The position numbers were made by a program, and so were the translations under genes. Under the pieces are notes generated by a model. It was not told the origin of the DNA. It did not search any database and saw only the letters and a program-made list of their open reading frames with translations. Below, in pieces: positions 1 through 9,837 of a stretch of DNA of 50,843 nucleotides. This DNA is from Macrostomum lignano (lineage: Eukaryota), in assembly GCA_002269645.1 (NCBI GenBank), contig NIVC01004313.1, positions 1-50,843 of the forward strand, in the 5' to 3' direction. Numbering within the stretch: the stretch's first letter is position 1; every line of letters begins with the position of its first letter.

Positions 1-59
1 TTGCTCCATTCTGGACCTTTACAACCAAGTCGAGCTTCGAACTTTAAGAGAGACGGAGA

Positions 60-445
60 ACCCTGAGCGGTTGGCTAGACATAATTCAAAGGTCAATGAG
101 GACAAGTTCCAGATCATGAAGAGCAGGGTGGGCTGCATCCTAGACTCAGGAACCATAAACGACCAGACAGTGAGTAAGTTCGAGCGCTACGCAACATGAC
201 AGCCCCGAGAACATTGTCCGAAATGGAATCACTGATTGGTTTGATCAACTTTAGTGGAAGATTCATCCGGAATCTGGCTGACATGATTGAGCCTCTGACG
301 TGTCTTAAGCCAAAGGACGTGGAGTTTGTCTGGTCAGATGAACAGGAACTTAAGACTCGCACTCTCTTCCGAGGCAGTTCTGGCGTCTTATGATCCTAAG
401 AAACCCGTATGGAGCTTGAGTGTGATGCATCGCAACCGAAAATAC
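60..445 (+). mobile_element. Degenerate Ty3/Gypsy pol fragment (RT C-terminus, connection, start of RNase H)
   Basis: Joined frames read RLARHNSKVNEDK...RPDSE*VRALRNMTAPRTLSEMESLIGLINFSGRFIRNLADMIEPLTCLKPKDVEFVWSDEQ...LRLALSSEAVLASYDPKKP / MELECDASQ. This matches the Gypsy motifs G..NY..RFI, F.W...Q and YDP...CDAS. It has an in-frame stop and frameshifts. Confidence 0.85.
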
Positions 446-509
446 TCTATGGTATAATGAGCATAGATATGGATAAAATTCTGCTTGGGTTTAATGATCT
501 TCAGCAGAT

Positions 510-1098
510 GTCAATCAGATCTTGTCAGATTCCAATCAGATCTTGTCAGATTCTAATCAGATCTTGTCAGATTCTAATCAGATCTTGTCAGATTCTAATC
601 AGATCTTGTCAGATTCTAATCAGATCTTGTCAGATTCTAATCAGATCTTGTCAGCTTCCACGCAGATTCCAATCAGATCTTGTCAGATTCCAATCAGATT
701 ACAATCAGATCTTGTCAGATTCCAATCAGATCTTGTCAGATTCCAATCAGATCCTGTCAGATTCCAATCAGATCCTGTCAGATTCCAATCAGATCTTGTC
801 AGCTTCCAATCAGATTACAATCAGATCTTGTCAGATTCCAATCAGATCTTGTCAGATTCCAATCAGATCCTGTCAGATTCCAATCAGATCCTGTCAGATT
901 CCAATCAGATCTTGTCAGCTTCCAATCAGATTACAATCAGATCTTGTCAGATTCTAATCAGATCTTGTCAGCTTCCAATCAGATTCCAATCAGATCTTGT
1001 TAGATTCCAATCAGATCTTGTCAGATTCCAATCAGATATTGTCAGATTCCAATCGGATCTTATCAGATTCCAATCAGATCTTGTCAGATACCAAGCAG
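510..1098. repeat. Minisatellite, 21-bp unit CAGATTCCAATCAGATCTTGT (~28 copies)
   Basis: Direct reading. It explains the SDSNQIL / IRSCQIP / RFQSDLV repeat ORFs. Confidence 0.95.
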
Positions 1099-1142
1099 AT
1101 CCACATCAGTTCGGCCAGTCGCCGCGAGTCGCATCGGCGCCA

Positions 1143-1332
1143 TCAACGGGCAGCTTGTTGGCGCGGAACTTGGCCTGAGTGTTGGCTGGAGTAGCACAGT
1201 TTGCAGGACATGACGCTGATGGACATGCGGCAATCGTAGCAGATGACGCGGTCCCGGGAGCAGGGCAGGCGGTACCAAGCGTGCCGGTTTGGGTTTGCCA
1301 GTATGGGTTTATGCAACTCTGCCGCACTTGCA
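1143..1332 (-). CDS. Candidate Cys-rich exon (RING-like half motif), product unknown
   Basis: Polypyrimidine tract and CAG acceptor at 1334-1333 (minus). One frame is strongly C/G-ending in its middle and reads WYRLPCSRDRVICYDCRMSISVMSCKLC. No upstream partner exon identified. Confidence 0.3.
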
Positions 1333-2009
1333 CTGCGGAGATACTCGGTAATGTAAAAGAATAGGAGGGCGTAAAAAGGGCCAGCGGAGATGGCCAATGG
1401 AAGGCCTGGGGTAGGTGTGCTTGGCTGGCTGGCGGGTGGTGAAACGCTTACGCAACTCAGCGTTTGTTTGGCGGAGACTGCAGTTGTTTCAATGCACTCC
1501 CCAAGCAACAGGTACGCGCGTAAGCTACGCGCGTTTTACGCGCATTTTTTGGTACGATCTCCGCCGCGGCAATTCAACTAGTTTGTCTTCCGTGAACTCA
1601 AGGGTCTGGCGAGTTTAGAGTTCTCATTTCTGGTTAAGATATCGGCTAAATCGGATATTGTCTTAAACTTAGCTGCATGATGCTTCAACTGATCGAAAAC
1701 TATGCTAATAACCTGAGATTGAAATAAGCAGGATTTTTTAATTTTCAGCTTTCATTGGAAACTCCAAATAGAAAAATTTTAATTTGCTCTCTAAGTAGGG
1801 TTGGGCTTGTCCTAAAAAATAGGTGTCATGAAAATGAAGCAAATCAGTTTATTTGGCTTACGCTGAATATTTCGCTTTCTGTAAAATATTGTACAGGCGC
1901 TTTTAGGGAGGGTTGACACTCTTCGTATATTTTACCGAATATTTAAACAAAACGCTCGTTCGCGCCCACGAGATGCTGTTCAGTCGATTAATAAAAACTT
2001 CTAAGCCTG

Positions 2010-4346
2010 CTACATGAATCCGAAGTTCCTTCCCTGCTGCTGAAAGCTGCCCATCTGCGAGCACCAGTTGCCACCGAACCCTGCGCCGCCGAAATCCGCG
2101 CCGGACTTCTGCCTCGCCGGACACAGGCCGTCCAGTTCAAAGTCCATTGAGTCGCTGCAGGGGCCGCCTCTGTTGCTGCCGCCGCCACGGCCAGGGCCTC
2201 GGCTGCCGAAACCATTGCCCAGCCCTCCGCCCAGTCTGCTTCTACCGAGGCCGTTATTGAGAAGGTCCATGCCGAGGCCGTTGTTGAATCCTTTGCCAAG
2301 GCCTTTGCCGAAACCGTTGCTAAGGCCGTTGCCAAATCCGTTGTCAAGGCCGTTGTCAGGGCCGTTACCAAAGCCGTTGCCAAGACCGTTGCCAAGGCCG
2401 TTGCGAAGGCCGTTGCCAAGACCGTTGCCAAGGCCGTTGCCAAGGCCGTGGCCAAAGCCGTTACCAAGGCCGTTGCCAAGGCCACTACCGAGGCCGTTGC
2501 CAAGGCCGTTGCCAAGGCCGTTGCCAAGGCCGTTGCCAAGGCCGTTGCCAAGGCCGTTGCCAAGGCCGTTTCCAAGGCCGTTGCCAAGGCCGTTGCCAAG
2601 GCCGTTGCCAAGGCCCCTACCGAGGCCGTTACTGAGACCGTTGCCAAGGCTGTTGCCAAGGCCGTTGCCAAGGCCACTACCGATTCCGTTACTGAGACCA
2701 TTGTCTAGATCATCATCAAGGCCGCTAGCAAAGCCGCTGCCGAGGCCGCCTTCGCCACCGCCCCCACCGCCGCCCCTCCACCGCCGCCGCCCCGCCGACA
2801 CCACCGCCTCGACCCATGAAGGCTGAATTGAAGTTGTTGAAGGAACCGAAGCCGCCATTGCCTTCAAAGCCGGGGTCCAGCATCATGTTCTGTGGATAAG
2901 TTGGTGGGACGTCCAGATCGCCCCAGTTCTCAGGCAGCTCCCACTCGTCCTTGTCATTCACGGGGTCCTGCTGGACAATCTTGGCAAAGTTGGCCACGGG
3001 GTCCACCCAGCCGCTGTCCATGTTGGCCGGCCAGTTCTCCAGTCCGCCGGACATGTTCGGCCAGGCGGAGTCCAAGTTGCTAAAGTTTGGCGGCGGCGGC
3101 CCGAACTCGTCGTCCTGACCTTCGCCGACCGGGTCGTCGAACATGGAAGCGCCGAACCGGCTGTGCTGGCCTTGAGGCGGGTAGCCCGATGCAGCAAGGG
3201 CTGGAGCATTCCGCTGAGGGTCTTGAGCCGGTAGCTGCTGCATCTGCGGCATCTGCGGCATCATCATCGGATTGCCCTGAACACCGGGCGGAATGTGCGG
3301 CTGCGGCTGCGGTTGCTGTGGCTGCGGCTGTGGCTGTGGCTGCGGCGGCGGCGGCGGCGGCTGCGGCTGTTGTGGGGCGGCGGCTGCGGAGGTGGCGGAG
3401 GCTGCGTCGCGGGCTGCACTGGAGTCGACCTTACCGGTGCCTGCTGGACAGCAGCGGCTGGCGGACGGCAATTCATGGGTGGCGCTGCTGTCGGATACTG
3501 GCTGACCGGTGCCCGGTCCCCACCTGGGTACCTGTCTGCGCACCTTTGCTCCTCTTCCTGTCGGTAAGGAGCTCGCGAGTCCTGGAAGCGGCTGGGCCGA
3601 CTGTCCGGGTACCCGCTGCGCTGGTTGTCTGCGCACCTTGGCTCCTGTTCCGGCGGGTAGGGAGGCCGCGAGTCCTGGAAGCGGATCTGCCAGCTGTCTG
3701 GATACCTGCCACGCTGGTTGTCTGCGCATTTTGTCTCCTGCTCATGTTGATAGGGGGCTCGCGAGTGCTGCTGACTGTCCGGGTACCCACTGCGCTGGTT
3801 GTCTGCATATCTTGGCGCCTCTTCCTGTGAGTAGGCAGCTCGCGAGTCCTGGTAGCGGCTCTGCGGCGGATGTCTGCCGTCTTCTGCCCACCTGGCGCCT
3901 CCGCCGGAGCTCAAATTGCGCTGATCGTCCAGCTCCGGATTCCTGGTGCGCCGATCTTCGGGCGCCTGCGAGCAGTTCGAGTTGGTGTCCAGGCGCCGGC
4001 TGCCACCTCCGCACGAGGCCGTGCTGGCGCTGTCGCTCACCGCGTTGCCCACCGTCCAGGTGGGGAAGACGAAGGCCGACTGGTGGCTGCTGATTGACGC
4101 AGCCCGGTGGGAATAGACCGAAGTTGACTGCGTCCAGCTGTCGGGCTCAGCCTCCCAGGCGCGTCTGAAGGACTTTCGCTGCTGCTGCATCTGAGGCGGA
4201 GGCTGCGCCGCGGCCAAGGTGTCCCGACTGCCGCTGGACGACCTGCTGGACGGCGTGCCGCGCAGCCAGGAGGGCCCGCCCATCCGGCGCAGCGTGGAGT
4301 TGCCGTTGGAGGTGTTGCTGTTGAAGCTGCGCATCGAGTGCGACAT
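2010..4346 (-). CDS. ~780-aa low-complexity/intrinsically disordered protein (Ser/Arg-rich N-terminus, ~30-aa repeats, P/Q tract, Trp motifs, GLGN repeats), apparently frameshifted
   Basis: ORFs 4367-3264, 3729-2725 and 2867-2010 join into one frame if single bases are restored in three G/C runs (~3375 and two near 2775-2795). An acceptor TTTTTAACAG at 4378-4377 precedes ATG 4346, so there may be an upstream exon. Stop TAG at 2012-2010. Confidence 0.65.
2300..2700. repeat. Coding 12-bp tandem repeat AAGGCCGTTGCC (GLGN on the minus strand)
   Basis: Direct reading; lies within the low-complexity gene. Confidence 0.9.
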
Positions 4347-5478
4347 GGCCCCGCCCTGGCTATTCAATTTTTTCGTCTGTTAAAAATGGAACTCAAAGGT
4401 GTCGGTTAATTTCAGTTTAGCTTAATAGCTTATAGAAACATCAGAAGGCCTGTAGCTTCAAATATCTATGGCTAGAAGAGGTCGCTAAGATCTTGCTTCA
4501 AAAATACGCGCGCATCTCTATCTAGGAACAGAGCATCTCCCTAGAACGACCTGCCGTTTTCAAATGCTACTGGAAGCATGAAACAGCCGCATTCATGGAG
4601 CTAGGAGTTGCGTCAAAGCGACCAAGATGCAGACATCGACTTCCTGCGCAAGTTCAGCGATTCGATCGAATAGAGATTGACAATGAGAGGAAAGACAAAA
4701 CGCAAATCGTGTTCAGCCGCTATGCATGGAATCACGGAGCTGAGCGGACTGCAGAGTGATTTACGGGAAGCTGATTTAGATCTGTTTAGATCAGAACAGT
4801 GGCTTCATTTCAGTTGTCTAAACGAGGAACAAACGAATACCGGCCATTCTCTTGGCCGGTCGCAATGGTACAACAGGCGAGAGGGATCGACATGCAATTA
4901 AACACAGTAAGCCAGAGAATCCATTGCATTGTTGCTGCTTCATATTTAAGTTGTTGGTGTTGATGAACTCAGGCGCTTGCACCCTCGGACATGTTTGTTC
5001 TGTCTTTAGTACGAGCTATCTTATTATTGCTGCGTTTTTCCCAAAGTAAAGATGGAATTTTCCAACAATGACCGGTCAGTGTCTGAATGTCGTTGCCATG
5101 ATGATTTGAACCGCTGGGTGTCTGTCCATGGTCAAATCTGCACCAGAGTGTGGAAAGTGAGTTGTTAAGACTGAAACGGGGAGGAGAAATTGAAAAATCT
5201 TCGAGGCGAAAGCTTAAAAATTTACCCCCCCCGTGTGTTGCTGCCAAATGCCTAAGCTAGTCAAGTTCGTAATTTTTCTGCTACAATATCTACCCTAGCT
5301 ACATGTATATCCTGAGCTCCTTCCCTATGTTACTTAACCCTTACGATATTGGATACATGTACATGTAACCTCTTTACATGCAGCCTGCAGGGCTCTGCTG
5401 CGTTTCTTGCTCAAAATTCGCTACCCATGCACCGCTGTCGCTCTGATGGTGAAACCCGGCATCCAACCGCTGAGCGAC

Positions 5479-5799
5479 ACTCCTCAGACAGCAAAGACGG
5501 ACTCCTCAGACAGCAAAGACGGACTCCTCAGACAGCAAAGACTGACTCCTCAGACAGCAAAGACGGACTCCTCAGACAGCAGAGACGGACTCCTCAGACA
5601 GCAGAGACGGACTCCTCAGACAGCAAAGACGGACTCCTCGGACAGCAAAGACGGACTCCTCAGACAGCAAAGACGGACTCCTCAGACAGCAAAGACGGAC
5701 TCCTCGACAGCAAAGACGGACTCCTCGGACAGCAAGGACGAACTCCTCGGACAGCAAAGACGGACTCCTCGGACAGCAAAGACGGGGACTCCTCGGACA
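5479..5799. repeat. Minisatellite, 22-bp unit GGACTCCTCAGACAGCAAAGAC (~14 copies)
   Basis: Direct reading; the translated ORFs cycle every 22 aa (3 units). Confidence 0.95.
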
Positions 5800-7995
5800 C
5801 GCCCGCTGGTAGCCGTTGTTGCCAACCTCAAGAGGGACGAGCCGGCAACATGACGGCCCCTCATTGACACTTTTATTGACGATCTGCACGTCCTGCACCT
5901 TGCTAGCGAGGCCCATTTGCCTCTCTTTGGTTTTCTGCAAGCGCTTGTGCTCTAGGGCTCTAATTTGATTCCTCTGCGTTCAATTACTACTACTGCTACT
6001 ACATGTAGCTACTAATAGTAGTACTAAAATACAAATTAAAATGATTCGAAAAAATGTGCAGTCTGACTTTAACAGACAGACTTTCTCTCAACCAATTTCG
6101 ATAGGGTTCGCGACTGTCCGGATTAACGCCTAAGAAGGGATGTCGAACACGTAATCTGGGAGGGGAGGATCAAGTTGCCTCATAAATACGTCTAGGCACG
6201 AATGGCCAATAGATCTTACAACAGACGGGCATTCCTAGTCAGGATCTCTTCAGTATATAAGCATCAAACTATTGTGGACCAAGCTCGATCGTTGCGCATT
6301 CGACCGTCCACAGAGCATGCAAAATCTTGCAAAGCAGCAGCCCAACCGGCCTTTCCCACAGAGCCTTCTTTGCAGACACGGCGAGGGGCAAGGCGAGGGC
6401 GATTCCATCATCAAAGGCTGCCGCTTTAGGCGGACATGCAGCAGGAATGCCCAAGCAAGCGATGGCATGGCATGCAGCAGCAAGGAAACCCATTGAGGGC
6501 TACGGAGATAGGCAGGGGATTATCCGCAGACGAAAGGCAGGATGAAGAATCCAGCAGCTAACCGCCCGCCCGGCCGCTCTGGAAATGCCTACAGCCTGAC
6601 CGCCTGTGCTTATTGCATAGGAATGGAGAAGGCGCGCTGCTTGCTTGGGTCAAAGCCTTGCCAGCTTCGTGCAGAAGCACTGATGCACTGCTAATTACAA
6701 CTGCAGTCACATGGCGTCAGGGGGTCTTGCAAATTGGCAAGTGTGTCTGAGCGGAGCGTAGACAAGCCCGATGCAGAAGAACGTCAGTGCAGGATGCATT
6801 TATTGATTATATTCAAGCTGAAACTCGTCAGCTACACGCAAAGTACCGATCGACAATAAGCGTCGCGCGCTATGATTACAGATTCGCACCTGACACGCGT
6901 TTGTTTATCTTTGCGAAAACTGAAACCACTGGGTGCGTGCATTTGCAGGCTGCAGTGCACGCCGATTCGGACGTGTGCAACAATTTATGCCTGCCTGTGG
7001 TTTTGGAAAGTTCCAATAATGAAATTCAATGATTTTCAGGCTGAAGTTCAGTCTGGAATTGGAGCTTGGAGAAGAGATGAGTAGATAGAAACAATTGTAC
7101 CGAATCTCTTATGATGTGTGATAGTGTGTGCCCCCTGCGTGCGTAATCCGGTACATGTGGGTTCAGACTAACCCCTGAAGCTTATTAGCAAGGCTTGGGG
7201 ATAATCAGCAAGCCCAGCAGCCGCGCAGTGCTTACCCAGCATCAGACGGCGAAAAGAAACGCAGGCATAAAAATGCGAATGCCAAAGGCTGCCACTTGTG
7301 AATTGCATAGAAAAGTTCGCAGATGCATAAATAGGCAGTATTATTAATTTAGGACACAAAAACTCGCAAGTTCAAAAAAAGATCCAATTGCGCATGCAAA
7401 AAATTGACATTCAGACTGGGGAAAACTATTCCATGATGAAGAATTGTCGGGGAAGATTAACAGTCTGAGCTTGGAAGGACAAAATTGATAATAATTACAG
7501 GTAATAATTAGCTAAAAGTACAAGTTACCATAGACATGTGAGCGTACTTTACAAGCATCGGCTTATGCGCAAAATACTCAATATTGATGGAGAGCCGCAG
7601 TACAAGGTAAGATGAACTGTTTTGTAAGCAGGTAAAAATTTTGCATTTTCAAAAATGTTGCTAAATGTTGAGACAAAAATTTGTTAACAGTAGGACAAAA
7701 CAGAACAGAATAAAAACACGAATGAAAACTCAAAACTAGCTGCACCAGAACTACTCTCAATACGGGAGCTTGTTTCAAAATCATGAAATAAAAATTGTTA
7801 TACAAAACTTTGGTTAAAACTTGATAGAAATTTCAATACATTGTCGATGTGCATTAATATTTAATAAATATACCTATCGATCTTGGTTAGAAATAACTCT
7901 CAGCGTGATAATTATGGTCGCATCTTCCAAAACTGTTTACTGGTGAACCTCAGGCGGAACTGGACTGGGTTAAGCTGACTAGAACATGGATATCT

Positions 7996-8370
7996 GAGCA
8001 TAACTATCTGGAAGCAAGGCCACTCCATTGCAAACCCGATGGCTAACTCAAGGACATCCAAGCATAACTATCTGGAAGCAAAGTCACTCCATTGCAAACC
8101 CGATGGCTAACTCAAGGACATCTAAGCATAACTATCTGGAAGCAAGGCCACTCCATTGCAAACCCGATGGCTAACTCAAGGACATCTAAGCATAATTATC
8201 TGGAAGCAAGGCCACTCCATTGCAAACCCGATGGCTAACTCAAGGACATCCAAGCATAACTATCTGGAAGCAAAGTCACTCCATTGCAAACCCGATGGCT
8301 AACTCAAGGACATCCAAGCATAACTATCTGGAAACAAAGCCACTCCATCACAGACCCGATGGCTAACTCA
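7996..8370. repeat. Tandem repeat, 64-bp unit (~6 copies)
   Basis: GCATAA(C/T)TATCTGGAA recurs at 7998, 8062, 8126, 8190, 8254 and 8318. Confidence 0.95.
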
Positions 8371-8821
8371 CTTTTCAGATAGTGATCATTCCAGAATCCA
8401 GCTAGCTACAGTCCAGATTTCCATGAGCCCCAGTGAGTCACAAGCCCGGCCTAAAGCATTGTAAGAGCAGAAGAGTGTAAAACCGCCCCCGCAAACTGCA
8501 GAGCGGACAAAGAGGATGTCCTTCAAGCAGGCTGTGAGTGCCTGTGAGTCATCCGGTGGACAGGCCAGACTGCTGGGACTTTCAGGGCAGAGGAACACAT
8601 GATCCTATAATTATAGTTTAGTGCAATTTTAGAACACTCAAATGTTCTTTGTCGCTCAGCTTTCAAGTCTTCAAACAGTGTTGGCTCTGTCTTCTTTAGC
8701 AAAGCTTTAAACTTATGGAAAATCGCTAGCAAAATTATCGGTTTTGAAGCTAATTATTTGAAGATTATTCAATTATTTGAAGCTAATAATTATATAGTTG
8801 ACGGACTGGGAAAAAATATAC

Positions 8822-9259
8822 AAAATGGCACGCCCAGGATCCGAAATGGCATATCTAGGATCCGAAATGGCACACCCAGGATCCGAAATGGCACGCCCAG
8901 AATCCGAAATGGCATATCTAGGATCCGAAATGGCACACCCAGGATCCGAAATGGCACATCCAGGATACGAAATGGCACATCTAGGATCCGAAATGGCACG
9001 CCCAGGATCCGAAATGGCACATCTAGGATAAGAAATGGCACATCTAAGATCCAAAATGGCACATATAGGATCCGAAATGGCACATCTAGGATCCGAAATG
9101 GCACGCCTAGGATCCGAAATGGCACATCTAGGATACGAAATGGCACATCTAGGATCCGAAATGGCACATCCAAAATCCGAAATGGCACATCTAGGATCAG
9201 AAATGGCACATCAAGGATCCGAAATGGCACATCAAGAATCCGAAATGGCACATCAAGGA
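8822..9259. repeat. Minisatellite, 21-bp unit GGATCCGAAATGGCACATCTA (~21 copies)
   Basis: Direct reading; source of the IRNGTSR / GSEMAHL ORFs. Confidence 0.95.
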
Positions 9260-9837
9260 ATTAAAACGCCTTTTTAAGATCTAGAAGGTTACCCAAGTCC
9301 TAACTTCGCACTAATCAGGTCCTTAGCTGCCCCTAGCAAGCCTGAGTCCCCAGCTCAATTAGAAAATAAACTTCAAGCCACAGCGGCGCAGGTTTGCCAA
9401 ACACAACTTGCTAATGAATAATTTATATGGATATGAAACGCAAGCTTTAATATAATAGGTATTGCATAATACGCAGATAGCGGGCTACTCGTTCAGTGAC
9501 TTCGGCCGCGCACTTTTTCGATAGGTAGAATAAAAAATAAATTTTAATGCTTACATAAAAAGAATTACCAAGTGCACTTTAGCGGTGTAGCTGCTGTACA
9601 ACACGCAACAGATAAGCTGAGCTCTCAATCGCAATAAAAAAACCGACAATCAAAGACAGAATTTCTTTAAGTCGGATTATCAGATAAAACAAGATGGGGG
9701 ACATCAGAGTCGGGGCGGAGACACTGGGCAGCTGGGGGACAGTCCACCCGGCACACAATGGAATCCCGGCTCCCCAGCAGTCCGCCAGTCGCCCGCGGTA
9801 TCCCCAAAACTGCAGTTCGAGGTGTCAGCCAAGCCAG

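Noticed and set aside
409-1178. Repeat-rich ORFs (SDSNQIL etc.) as real proteins
   Set aside because: They are stop-free readings of the 21-bp array. The same applies to ORFs at 5349-5940, 8758-9277, 16183-17037, 23280-23930, 26831-27498, 28219-29411, 29922-30352 and 40806-41723.
2068-2826. Plus-strand PRPL / KAVA repeat ORFs and the minus-strand ATAL ORF
   Set aside because: Shadow frames of the 12-bp repeat. Only the GLGN frame continues into non-repetitive sequence on both sides.
6200-7360. Short ORFs of 60-80 aa
   Set aside because: No recognisable motifs, splice support or codon bias.
7996-8370. CRISPR-like array (64-bp period)
   Set aside because: The whole 64 bp is repeated; there is no repeat-spacer alternation.
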